Below, piece by piece: positions 1 through 11,300 of a DNA stretch of 64,000 nt (its first letter is position 1; each line of letters opens with the position of its first letter). The notes beneath the pieces are model-generated. The model worked only from the letters and a program-made list of their open reading frames with translations, was not told the DNA's origin and did no database searches. The translations under genes were made by a program, and so were the position numbers. Origin of the DNA: Chlorobiota bacterium. Its GTDB lineage: Bacteria > Bacteroidota > Ignavibacteria > Kapaibacteriales > NICIL-2. Where the stretch lies: the NCBI GenBank assembly GCA_044228285.1, contig JBGAVD010000002.1, positions 545,653-609,652 on the forward strand, given 5' to 3'.

Positions 1-919
1 CGTCTCGTCTGTGCGAAATGTGAAGGATTATGGACTTGTTATCCAAATGACAGCCGCAATGTCTCAAGGCAACAGTGGTAGTCCACTTTTGAATCCATCT
101 GGGGAAGTGGTGGGTGTAGCATGTTTCCTCATGGATGGAGGCCAGAATCTCAATTTTGCTATTCCTATTGATGCTGTTCAGAAAATGAAGAGCGAAAGTC
201 CTTATGTGTTTGTACCAACACGTAAGAACTATTGCGGTACAGATATGCCAATCGTTGATGCGTTCAAAGTAGATACTATGTGGATTGCAAACGCACCAGC
301 GGGTCTTTCTCCGTCAGACCTCACTTTATGGAAGTTGAAACTCAGTGCGCAACGTCAGAACTGGGATACTTCGATGGTGATTGGCAGCTATAAGCGTGTG
401 ATCCGTGCAATCAAGCGTGTTAAAGAATCATTTAACGTGGAAACGGATACCATAAGCATGTCAACTGCCGACATGGCCATTCGTGAAGCCTTCGGACAAA
501 ATGACGGAGATGGACGCTTTGACTCGGAGCAAAAGATAATGCTTCATGGTATACGAGCGAGTCTCTATACTACGATGGCCTTGATGTATTCACAAGAACG
601 TGCTCTTCCTGTCGGCACTGTAAGTGATCTTATAAAAGATCGAGCACAAGTATGGCAAACGTTTAAGAAGGATCACCGTTACGTCATTGTTGCAACCTGT
701 GATACGTCACAGATTGCTGATCTCGACGCCGTAGCCATGTATAAAGATGATTCAGGCAACTGGAAGGCAGTGGCTTCCGATACTGATGAGAAAGGCGTGA
801 CAGTCTTGGGTTTCACAGCTCCAGAATCAACGGAGTATGCGATCATTTGGCGGGTAGCAAAGTATAAGAGTAACGCTACATCCGGCGTGTTTGGTTCTAT
901 TACTTTTGTTTTTAACTGA
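1..919 (+). CDS. Trypsin-like (S1/HtrA-type) serine peptidase, 3' portion. The gene starts upstream of the window.
   Basis: The frame is open from the window edge. A GNSGSPL motif, matching the catalytic-Ser GNSGGPL box of chymotrypsin/DegP-like proteases, lies near the N-terminus of the visible part. It is followed by ~250 aa of unrecognised C-terminal domain. The first in-frame start at 11 is GTG, so the gene is 5'-truncated. Confidence 0.6.
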   Translation, partial: VSSVRNVKDYGLVIQMTAAMSQGNSGSPLLNPSGEVVGVACFLMDGGQNLNFAIPIDAVQKMKSESPYVFVPTRKNYCGTDMPIVDAFKVDTMWIANAPAGLSPSDLTLWKLKLSAQRQNWDTSMVIGSYKRVIRAIKRVKESFNVETDTISMSTADMAIREAFGQNDGDGRFDSEQKIMLHGIRASLYTTMALMYSQERALPVGTVSDLIKDRAQVWQTFKKDHRYVIVATCDTSQIADLDAVAMYKDDSGNWKAVASDTDEKGVTVLGFTAPESTEYAIIWRVAKYKSNATSGVFGSITFVFN

Positions 920-985
920 GAGTCTCTTTAGGTTGGCAGAGACGATTGAGCACAACATCATTTTCTCAATTAATACACATCCATC

Positions 986-1519
986 ATGATAACAGTACTA
1001 ACTACTACTTCACATCACCTCGCAAGAAATATGGTGATGATTCTTGCACTTAGCCTTCTTGCACTTGGATTGAATTCCTGCGCGGGCTTGAACGGAAAAG
1101 ACTTGACGCCAGCTGTTGGACCGAAGGGTTTGTGCCAGTTAACAATCCATAACAACTACGATCAGGATGTCGCAGTGAAGCTCTATGACGTCAAGAATCC
1201 AACAGTATGTCTTCGCTATGTCTACATCAGCTCGAATAGCTCTGCTACGATCAAAGAGTTAGCACCAGGGAACTTGACGATGAAATACACTCGCGGCAGT
1301 GATTGGGATAATGCCGGTATGATGTTTCAACATGATCGCGTAAACTATGAGTCTGATGAAGTCCTTAAGCTCGAAGAGATAGAAACACAGACGAAAACAA
1401 GTGATGGCGTCAGAACTGAGCGCAAGTATAGCGTTTTGGAGTTCACATTTAATGCTCAGGGTAACAAAGGGAACACGACAGTATCTCCAATAGACGACAA
1501 AGAGTTCCAAACCAAGTAA
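986..1519 (+). CDS. Hypothetical lipoprotein
   Basis: ATG at 986. N-terminal hydrophobic segment LALSLLALGLNSC with a lipobox-like L-N-S-C. The rest is polar. No recognisable catalytic motif. Confidence 0.5.
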   Translation: MITVLTTTSHHLARNMVMILALSLLALGLNSCAGLNGKDLTPAVGPKGLCQLTIHNNYDQDVAVKLYDVKNPTVCLRYVYISSNSSATIKELAPGNLTMKYTRGSDWDNAGMMFQHDRVNYESDEVLKLEEIETQTKTSDGVRTERKYSVLEFTFNAQGNKGNTTVSPIDDKEFQTK

Positions 1520-2298
1520 GTGTAATTGAGCGAAACATTTCTTATCCCAGGTTTGGAAGTGGGTTTTGGATTCAAATGAATCTGACTCCGCATTGTGTAC
1601 CTAGCTATTGATCTCTTGACTGAAACCAAAGCGAGAAAAATGGAATTGCTCGTACGAGCATCTGTTTCTTCTTCTAATGATCAACTGATGCTCCACAATA
1701 TTTACATTCCTCTTCAAGCTCGTGAACATTAGACATGGTGGCGCTGAATTGCAAAAGCGCCACACTCTATACGATGAACGATTGTGAGTACATCAGTACA
1801 TCAGTGCATCAAACATGCGTTTACTTCGAGATCAGAAAGTCATCGCATGTCTTGAGTCCTGCACTCTATAGGTGAGTGTGCGTATACAATGGATTCTTCT
1901 ATGTATACGATGTAGCTACTGTAAACTGACGCGATAAGCTCTCCATGAAGTCTGGTATACTGCGTTTTTCCTCGCAGGTGAGAAGCATTCATGTAAAGTA
2001 CACCTCTGGTCCGAGTTGATCTATTGTTGTTGAAGAAGATCGCTTTTGTTGCGATAGAGGATAACCGTTGCGAAAAACTGTTTCGATGATGAATGATCAT
2101 TGACGAGGAGCGTAGCTGCCAAGTTGTCCGCCTGGAAAGCGTAGACAGTATTCCTAGCACAAAGCACAGCAAGTTCTAAGACCTCATAGGTCTACCTCAA
2201 AAGAGAATACACGTTCCTGCCTATATTGCTCCAATAAGCTCCAAAGTCAGTAAAGCCCAGTATCTATCATGAACAAACGAGTTCTATTCCATTAGCCT

Positions 2299-4410
2299 AT
2301 GCGTACACTCTATACTGTCGTCCTCTTTTTATTCCTTTGTTCATCCACCCTCCCTGCCCAATGGGTACGTGACATGAACAACTTCGAAGGTGGCATCATA
2401 GAGTGTTTGAGCTCAAGTGGTGATACAATAGTTGCAGGGACTCGAGGAGGTGGTGTGTATGTAAGCACAAACGGCGGACAGAACTGGGTGTCGAGAAGCG
2501 TTGGACTTGCTGTGCAAAACGTCATTAGTGTGTCCATTGGCGAGCAGGGCTTGTTTGCCTCTACCTACTATGACGGAGGCTTTTATCACTCTACAGACCT
2601 TGGTTTAACCTGGGAATCATGCTCTAATGGTATAGACGTTCAATGGTGGATATTTCAGATTGTACAGTGTAAAGGAAGATGCATTGCTGCCTCAGGGAAT
2701 GGATTGATTTGGATGTCTGAAGATGGCGGACAATCCTGGACGAAACGACTGTCGCTCGGTCAGGTAGTGGAATTCCGATCTGCAGCAATCCTCGATTCAA
2801 CAATCTATGTGGTTGTACCAAACTTTGGCTTGTACTCATCTGTAGATGCTGGATGGGACTGGAAGCTGCTTAGTAATGCCAGTGAAAGTGCTAAGAATGG
2901 TCGTGTTTGTGCCCTGTTTGGTAAGTCAATCTACATCGCGACGAATGCTGGGGAGCTGTTCTCAAGCTCCGACAATGGCAAGTCATGGACCCCTCGTTCA
3001 GATGCCTTTAGAGGTCAATCGGTGCTCTGTATGCACACTAGAGATACGATCTTATACCTCGGTACTCTGAATTCTGGGCTCTACGAATCTTCTGATTCTG
3101 GAATAACGTGGAAATCCTGCTCGGATGCACTCTCTACGACTGGCTTTCAGAGTATCACCTCAACACCGAAGAACATCATTGCGGGAGGTTTTAGTGGAAT
3201 CTCTCGCAGTGTAGTTGGTTCTGAGAAGTGGGCCGCATCCAATAAAGGTCTGATTCAGAACTTGGCGATGTGGGGCGCAGCCGCACAAGAAGACTACCTC
3301 TATGTTTGTTCCTCGGCTAACGGCGTGTTTCGTCGCACGAAAGGTGATAGTGTTTGGAATGCAATGAACTCGGGCATCTCGAATGTCGAAGCCTATGCCA
3401 TTGCCTGTGATTCGAACTACATCGCCGTAGGTACCGACAGTGGAGGCGTGTTCATTTCTACAAACCACGGAACTTCTTGGATTGATCGATCTCTAGGCCG
3501 CGAGAATGGTCTTATAGAAGCCGCAGGTGTGAAAGATTCTCTTATTATCATAGCACCAACACGCGGAGATGTTTTTGTGTGCTCTGGTATCAATGACACA
3601 TTGCGTAAAGTACCAGTGGGAGATGAGAGTCCATTCATCTATCACATCGCAACAGCTTCTGATCGAGCATATCTGGCTGCTGATAAGGCACTGTATGCTA
3701 TGGATTATGGAACTCAAGCAGTCACGGAGCTGAGCGGCGTTCTTAAACCAATCGAAGTATGTGTGTCTATCTCAGCATCCGATAAGCTTGTGTGCGCAGC
3801 AACGGCTATTGGTGTGTATGTTAGTTCCGACAATGGTGCACAGTGGGAGTACTTTGGCGTCACAGACGATCAGAATCAGATCACATGTGTTACGTGTTTG
3901 AATGAAACCATCCTTGTCGGTACAACGCAAGGAGACATCTTTGTGTCGACAGACAAAGGGTTGAACTGGACCAAAGAGGGAAGTCAGATATCAAGTCAGC
4001 CTGAGTTCCCAGCAACCTATAACGGCATAGCCGCAATCAGTGCTTTCGATGGTCAGCTCTTTGCTGTGAGTACGAGATCATCCGTCTTGCATCGTCCCTT
4101 GGACCAAATTGTTGATGTTGACGATTCCAAAGATGAGTTTGCTACCAATACAAAGTGTCTACTAAGCTGCTCACCAAATCCCTCATCTGACAAGTTGCAA
4201 TTGGCATATTCTCTTAGCAACTCCGAAGTGGTTAAACTTAAAGTTCACAGCATCCACGGTGAGCTAGTTGAACAAATTCTCCAAGAGCCTCAATCTTCAG
4301 GCTCGCACTTCGTGCTCGTCGATGTATCAAAACATCCGAGCGGAGTGTACCTTCTTACAATAGAGACCCCTACACGTCACGAGTCTCGCTGTGTCACTAT
4401 TTCTCGATAA
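2299..4410 (+). CDS. BNR/Asp-box repeat protein (Ycf48/sortilin-like) with T9SS C-terminal sorting domain
   Basis: Signal peptide MRTLYTVVLFLFLCSSTLPAQ. Nine S-x-D-x-G-x-T/S-W Asp-box motifs (STNGGQNW, STDLGLTW, SEDGGQSW, SVDAGWDW, SSDNGKSW, SSDSGITW, STNHGTSW, SSDNGAQW, STDKGLNW). The last ~85 aa resemble a type-A T9SS CTD. Confidence 0.8.
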   Translation: MRTLYTVVLFLFLCSSTLPAQWVRDMNNFEGGIIECLSSSGDTIVAGTRGGGVYVSTNGGQNWVSRSVGLAVQNVISVSIGEQGLFASTYYDGGFYHSTDLGLTWESCSNGIDVQWWIFQIVQCKGRCIAASGNGLIWMSEDGGQSWTKRLSLGQVVEFRSAAILDSTIYVVVPNFGLYSSVDAGWDWKLLSNASESAKNGRVCALFGKSIYIATNAGELFSSSDNGKSWTPRSDAFRGQSVLCMHTRDTILYLGTLNSGLYESSDSGITWKSCSDALSTTGFQSITSTPKNIIAGGFSGISRSVVGSEKWAASNKGLIQNLAMWGAAAQEDYLYVCSSANGVFRRTKGDSVWNAMNSGISNVEAYAIACDSNYIAVGTDSGGVFISTNHGTSWIDRSLGRENGLIEAAGVKDSLIIIAPTRGDVFVCSGINDTLRKVPVGDESPFIYHIATASDRAYLAADKALYAMDYGTQAVTELSGVLKPIEVCVSISASDKLVCAATAIGVYVSSDNGAQWEYFGVTDDQNQITCVTCLNETILVGTTQGDIFVSTDKGLNWTKEGSQISSQPEFPATYNGIAAISAFDGQLFAVSTRSSVLHRPLDQIVDVDDSKDEFATNTKCLLSCSPNPSSDKLQLAYSLSNSEVVKLKVHSIHGELVEQILQEPQSSGSHFVLVDVSKHPSGVYLLTIETPTRHESRCVTISR

Positions 4411-4687
4411 CGCTCTGATGCATCCCCTGATCTCAGGAGCGCAGAAAGCTGTTGTCAAGTACGATGTGCCTTAGAACAGCTAGTTGTGGTATCGACTATG
4501 GACACTTGAATCACTGTTGAAGTTCTGACAAAAGACCAATCAACGGCTTAACTGTAGAAGTAGGTTCGTGCCCACAAGCTATCTCTCGAATGACAGTGTG
4601 TAGAACCCAGGTCATGGGCTGTTTACCTGCCTCCAAGTTTCGTATCGAGTCGCTAAGAATTGAATCGAAGTATTGTTTGTCACATCG

Positions 4688-5356
4688 TTAGTTGTTAAGA
4701 ATAGCCTTTAGATACGAGCGATGCTGTTGTGCCATGTTGTAGACTTCAATGATATAGAAACCAGTGGTGTTGACATCTAGTGTCAAGCTCTGCACTGAGG
4801 TTTGGTATGTGGCGAGCACAGATCCATTGCTGCTTATCAAGCGAATGACTCTTTCGTCTGCCGTTGTCATGAGGAGCGTATTGCCTGCAAGAGCCAGACT
4901 GTTTGGGACTGATGCGTCTTCAGATTGTACGTCATTAGGCGCATCTTTCACCCACGTATAGAGTGTGTACACTTCTTTGCGCGCGAATGGACATTCATCT
5001 TTGACAAGACTGAAGCGTAGCGTGTCGGCAGAAATAGTGAATTCAAAAACACCGGTATCGGCATCACATTTAGCACCCTTGAGACCAAGAGTCCAGTAGA
5101 GATTGCCGTCTGTATGATAGATCGAGAAGGGGGCAAATGTTAGACCTTGGTTGGTGCTATACGAGATTGTGTCGCTCCCAAAGCTAAAGTACTTTTTGTC
5201 TATTCCAAAGGTATTGTCATATGCTATCCATCTGGTTCCAGACAGCGACTGTGCAGATGAAGTGACGATACTACAGCTGATAAGGCAGATGCAGAGTGCG
5301 AATAACTTGTTCAATGTGGTCTCCGAATGTAGGTGGTTATAAAAGGTGAATTTCAA
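4688..5356 (-). CDS. Small secreted protein with T9SS C-terminal sorting domain
   Basis: N-terminal hydrophobic signal LNKLFALCICLISCSIVTSSAQS. C-terminal ~70 aa are T9SS-CTD-like (...GFYIIEVYNMAQQHRSYLKAILNN). The TTG start abuts the stop of the upstream giant gene, suggesting translational coupling. Confidence 0.55.
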   Translation of the reverse strand: MKFTFYNHLHSETTLNKLFALCICLISCSIVTSSAQSLSGTRWIAYDNTFGIDKKYFSFGSDTISYSTNQGLTFAPFSIYHTDGNLYWTLGLKGAKCDADTGVFEFTISADTLRFSLVKDECPFARKEVYTLYTWVKDAPNDVQSEDASVPNSLALAGNTLLMTTADERVIRLISSNGSVLATYQTSVQSLTLDVNTTGFYIIEVYNMAQQHRSYLKAILNN

Positions 5357-8300
5357 TTAGGGTTGAATGATGCTCAAGTCTATGTTAACAGCCTGAGGGT
5401 TTACAGCAGACGCAGTTGCATTCACGAACTTGATCCGAACCGTATCAGTAGCTGATACTCGCACTGATGCGATACAAATGCCATCCTCCATATCCTCGCG
5501 AGGTGAAAGGTGTACTGTGCTTCCGACAACTGCGCCTGAAACTGTCAAATCTACATAAGCAGTTCCACCGCTTGCTGCGATTGTTGGACAATCGATGGTC
5601 TGATCCAGAAACTGCAACACTTGACGTCCCCAACTCATAGCACCCGACGTGCTGCTCGTTAACATTCTGTCTGAAGATGTTGGTGTGCTTGCAGGTAGCG
5701 AGAACTGAATATCGGTCGCGATACTATCTGGCGCTTTCAAGGAAACGTAATTCGTGCCATTCGGGAAGGCACCAGTTGTATTGTACTTTTCATAGAACCT
5801 CAAAGAACGAGGTGAGTTGTCGTTGGTTGTTAGCCACAAGTCTACATTATTAAACACTGCGGTTTGCGACTGGCTGATACTGATTGGTTTCACAGTAGAC
5901 GACGTGCTACCGTTAAATCCTATCGAGCCTGCGGCTGAGTTTTCAAGTGTCATGCGGGCTCCACCGAGAACGGTAGCATTATCAGCCGCTACAGAGTTTA
6001 GGTATCCGCCGACAACACAGGAATATGGGCCACTCGCAGTGTTGCTTTCGCCGCCGCAAACGACAGACGAGACACCCGAGGCCGTATCTTGTAAACCACC
6101 ACAGACAGTAGCCGAATATCCACTGGCAACATTCTGACGTCCACCGCCTAGCACACTGTAGCTGCCGCTTGCATTGTTCTGAGCACCCCCACCAACGCTT
6201 GAGTGGTTGCCATCGGAGCTGTTGTGCTCTCCACCTGTAACAACAGCGTAGTCGCCGCTCACAAGGTTTTGAGCACCGCCTGAAAGAACAGAATACAATC
6301 CACTGGCGACCTGCGAAGCAGAAGAACGAATCATCTGCCAATCAACAGCCATAGAGCCTCGTTTGTTTCCGCCGTCGATGGCGTTGTCTGGTACTTGAGC
6401 AAGTATTGCTCCGCTGCCGCTAGGGGACAGCGCAAGGTCAATGTCACCAGTCGTTGTAGGACGAAGTTGCACGACGTTCGTCGTGGCATTAGGAGCTGTG
6501 CTATGAAGACTTTCAGCTATGTGTTGCAAGCTGAATGTTGGTGTTGACCAATTCATCGCACCGCTTCCATTGGTTGTCAGTACTTGACCTGATGTACCAA
6601 CGGAGTCTGGAAGAGTGAAAACCAAATCAGCGGATAGGGAGTTGGGTGCTTTCAGTGCGACATAGTTTTTGCCATTAGGAAACGGACCAACATTCTCGTT
6701 TTGTTCATAGAAACGGAGTGTCCGAGTTTGACCATCATTGTTCGTCAACCAGAAGTCAACGTTGTTAAACACAGCAGTACGGGCTGTGGTAATGCTAATG
6801 GGTTTTGTGAGTGCATCATTGTCGCCATTAAATCCGATACTATGCATCGCAAGACTATCAAGCGTCAGATTGGAGCCACCTAAAACAGTAGACCACTCAG
6901 CAGCAGCGGAATTGTACGTTCCGCCGCACACCGTTGAGCCAGTAGAGAGGGCGAGATTGTGCGCACCACCCGCAATGACATTGTACGTGCCCATACTGGT
7001 ATTCGTGTCTCCACCACCGATTGTCGAAGCATACCCTTGAATCACATTCTGTATGCCTCCACCAATCGTTGAAGCTTTGCCCTCGATAAGGTTGTACGAG
7101 GCAATGTTGTTGTATAGGCCGCCACCGATAGTGGCACCGTCAGCACTCGAAAGAATGGAGTTAACAAAGCCACCGCCAACAGAAGAGTGTAGAGAGGCAG
7201 AGGTGTTAGCCCAGCCACCACTGATTGTAGCACTCTCGCCGCTAGCGACCTGAGAGGCAGAGGTTCTCCCACGTTGCAGATCCACAGCAAATGCACCGCG
7301 TTTGTTTCCACCGTTCGAGCTGTTGTCGGCACGTTGTGTACAAAGTGCTCCTGTTCCTTTCGGCGTTATTGCTATATCAATGTTTGTCTCTGTACCTGTA
7401 GCACTAATCTGATGGACTGGAATCGTCGTGTTTGGAGTACTCGTGTTTCTACTTTCTGAAAAGTATGATAGAGTATTGCTGTTCAAGCTGGTCCAACCGA
7501 GGTTGCCTGAACCATCAGTGCGTAGCACCTGGTTTGCAGTTCCATCGCTACTGGGTAGTGTCCAGACGAGGTCAGAGGGGATAACAGGTGGGGCTTTGAA
7601 GCCCACATAGTTGGCTCCATTTGGGAAGTTTCCTGTTGCGCTATCCTGCTCATAGAATCGAAGACTGCGGTTTAGACCATCATTGTTTGTGAGCCAAAAG
7701 TCTACATTGTTGAACACCGCTGTATGGTGAGAAGAAATTATCATCGACTTTGCGAGCTCGCCGGTACCATCGCCGTTGAAACCAAATGAGTGTTCAGCAG
7801 CAGAATCAAGTTCGAGATGGCCTCCACCTACAATCGTGGAATACATGCCTCTCACGCGGTTACCATTTCCTCCGCACACGGCTGAGAATTCTGCTGTTGC
7901 TGTGTTTAGCCGACCGCCACTCACTGTTGAAGCGAAGCCACTACTTACATTGTCGTAGCCGCCTCCAACAGTTGAGGCTTCATTGCTACTAATATTCTTA
8001 CCGCCACCAGAAACAGTAGAATTGTCTCCACTACTCTCATTCCAATAACCTCCACTCACTGTAGCGCCCAGTCCACTCGCTGTGTTACTCTGACCGCCGC
8101 TAATCGTTGATGAAAAACCACTTGATACCATTTCTGGGAACAATCTGTCCATTTGCCAATCAACAGCAAAACCTCCGCGCTTGTTTCCACCAGCATCTGT
8201 GTTGTCTGCCACTTGTGCGCATATCGCTCCGTCTTCTTTGGGTGTGAGCGCGAGATCTATTCGCGTCTCACTACCAACTGCCCGCAATTGATGCACAGGT

Positions 8301-11300
8301 ACTGCAGTGTTTGGTCCACTCGTATTTCTGCTCTCAGCCCAAAAGCTAAGACTACTACCACCTGCTACTTGCCATGAAACACTTGTTCCATTGGTCGTTA
8401 GTACTCGGCCTCCATTTCCACTTTGACTTGGAAGGAGATTACTAATAGCTCCATTTTGATTGGTTGCACCAGTTCCACCGCTTGAGATGCCGAGAGTTCC
8501 ACCGAGAGTAATCGTACCAGAGGAAGTTATCGGACCACCACTAGCTGTTAATCCAGTGTTTCCGCCTGATACGTTTACTGAGCTGACAGCACTTGAGCTG
8601 CTTACAGTGGTCCAGCCTAGATGTCCAGAACCATCTGTCTTTAGAACTTGATTTGCAGTACCATCACTGTTTGGAAGAGTCCATTCGACATCGTCGGTGA
8701 TGTTGTTCGGTGCTTTAAAGGCAACATAGTTTACATTGCCGTTTGGAAACAAGCCAGGTGAGTTGTATTTCTCATAAAAGCGAAGGGTTCGTGGGCTATT
8801 GTCATTGTTCGTCAGCCAGAAGTCGACATTATTCACAGCGAATGTTCGCGGAGTTGCGATAGAAAAGTCACATTGTTGCACTTGATGGCTACCATTATAG
8901 ACTACAGAATGATCAGCAGGGAATTGGATAATTGCGTTCGTTCCACCCAGAATGGTGGAGTTGCGAGAGAGAATTGAGTTTTGGAAACCACCAATAATGA
9001 CTGAATGCGATCCATAAATGGAATTTCCCGAACCTCCACTTACTACTGACATATCAGCATTTGGTCCTATAAAGTTGCTTGTTCCACCGCCAATCAAGCC
9101 TCCCAGACTTTCAACTCTATTCCCCGCTCCACCGCATATTGCAGAGTATTGGTTTAGAGCTTTGTTTCCAAAACCTCCGCAAACCGTTGAGAGGTCACCT
9201 CGCGCTGTATTTGAACGACCACCCAAAAGAGTAGAATAAATACCACTCGCAACCTCTGTAGGATCGTCACGCCAGCGTTGAAAATCCACTGCATACGACC
9301 CTCTCTTGTTTCCACCAACTTCAGTGTTGTCTGCGGTATGACTACTAAGGGCTCCATTACCCTTAGGTTTCAACACGAGGTCGATATTGGCAGCCGTTCC
9401 AAATGCCCGGAGGGCATGCGCAGGGACACTATCGTTTGGCGTTAGCGTGTCGCGTTTCTCCTCCAAGAATTGAAAACCGCTTGATCCAGGAATCCATGAA
9501 GTTCCATTCCACTTTATAACTTGACCAGCAGTCGCACCCATGCTGTGGATTTTGTCGGCCGTCACCGACGCTGCAGCTAGTTTAGATGAAGTGACAGCTG
9601 AATTCGCAATAGTCGGATTGGGATAGCTGCCATTGAGTTCACCACCTGCGGTGCCCGAAGGTGGGAGTGCAGAGGGGATGACTCCGGTGGCAAGTTTGGC
9701 ACTTGTAACTGACGCATCTTGAATGTTTAGTGTGCCGACAGCATTGTTGGCAAGTTTTGCGTTCGTGATGGTAGCCGTGCCAACCGTTGGATTAGGGTAG
9801 GTACCACTAAGGTCGCCACCAGCTGCACCGTTAGGCGGCAATGTGGTCGGTATTACACCTGTGGCAAGCTTAGCAATTGTTACAGACGCGTCTTGAATGT
9901 TTGTTGTACTCACTGCATTGCTTGCAAGTTTTGCGTTCGTAATTACCGCAGTGCCAACCGTTGGGTTAGGATAGGTACCACTTAGGTCTCCACCTGCTGC
10001 TCCGTTAGGTGGTAATGATGTAGGAATGATGCCACTCGCGAGTTTTGAACTCGTTACCGATGCGTCTTGAATATTCGCAGTGCCAATTGCGTTCGCGGCA
10101 ACTTTTGAGTTCGTGACAGCGTTGTTCGCCAAGAGAGGATTAGGATAGTTGCCACTTAAGTCGCCTCCAGCTGAGCCACTCGGTGGGAGAGAAGTTGGTA
10201 GAACACCAGAGGCAAGTTTCGCTGACGTGACAGAAGCATCCTGAAGATTACTTGTGCCAACGGCGTTCGTTGTCAGCTTTGCATTATTTACACTATTGTT
10301 AGCGACAATCGGATTCGGATAAGAGCCCGCAAGATCACCACCCGCCGCTCCGCTTGGGGGTAAGGTAGATGGAATCACACCAACAGCGAGCTTGGTAGCG
10401 TTTACAGATCCATTGGCTAGCTTCTGCGTGGTCACGCTTGAATCGACAATGTGAACGGTACCAACGGTGTTTGGAGCCAGCTTGCTGCTCGTGACACTTG
10501 CATTTGAAAGCGTTGGGTTTGGATAGCTGCCATTGAGATCGCCGCCTGCAGCGCCATTTGGCGGAAGTGCGTTTGGAAGAACGCCTGGTGCCAACTTCGC
10601 GAGTGTCACTGCTTCATCGGCGATCTTTCTTGTGCTAACACTGGCATCTTGCATGTTGTAGCTTGCCACTGCATTGATCGAGAGCTTCGCATTGCTTATG
10701 GCTTCATTTGCGATAGAAGGATTGGGATAGCTACCCACGAGATCACCGCCGGCACTACCAGCAGGAGGGAGTGAACTAGGTATCACTCCTGCAGCCAATT
10801 TTGAACTAGTAACCGATCCATCTTGGATGTTCGTGGTTTGTACTGCGTTCTGAGCAAGTTTCGAGTTCGTTACTGCACTCGCTGCAATCGTTGGATTTGG
10901 ATAGAGTCCACTCAAATCTCCTCCAGCTACTCCGCTCGGTGGTAACGTTGTTGGAAGAAGTCCAGGACTCAGTTTAGCGCTTGTAACGGCGGCATCTTGG
11001 ATGTTTGCCGTTCCGACCGCATTTGTAGCGAGTTTTGAGTTGGTAACAGCTGCAGCTGCTATACTGGGATTTGGATAGCTGCCGCTTAAATCTCCTGCTG
11101 CTGCACCATCAGGCGGAAGACGTGTGGGTAGCAGTCCAGGGGCAAGTTTCTCACGAGTGACTGAGCCGTCGGCAATCTTCCCACTGCTAACACTTGCATC
11201 TCTGAGATTAGTCGTCTCGACAGCGTTCTGCGATAGTGCGGTATTTGTAACTGATCCTGGTGCAAGGCTTGGATTTGGATACGAACCTGTCAAATGTCCA

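Noticed and set aside
1840-2172. 110-aa minus-strand ORF upstream of the BNR gene
   Set aside because: No start context, signal or motif, and low-complexity composition. It likely lies in the promoter region.
5817-9357. Numerous 60–120-aa ORFs in other frames overlapping the giant gene (for example 5982–6341, 6738–7040, 7042–7332)
   Set aside because: They are Arg/Cys/Pro-rich alternative-frame read-throughs of repetitive Gly/Ser codons, and are fully contained in the 2152-aa ORF.
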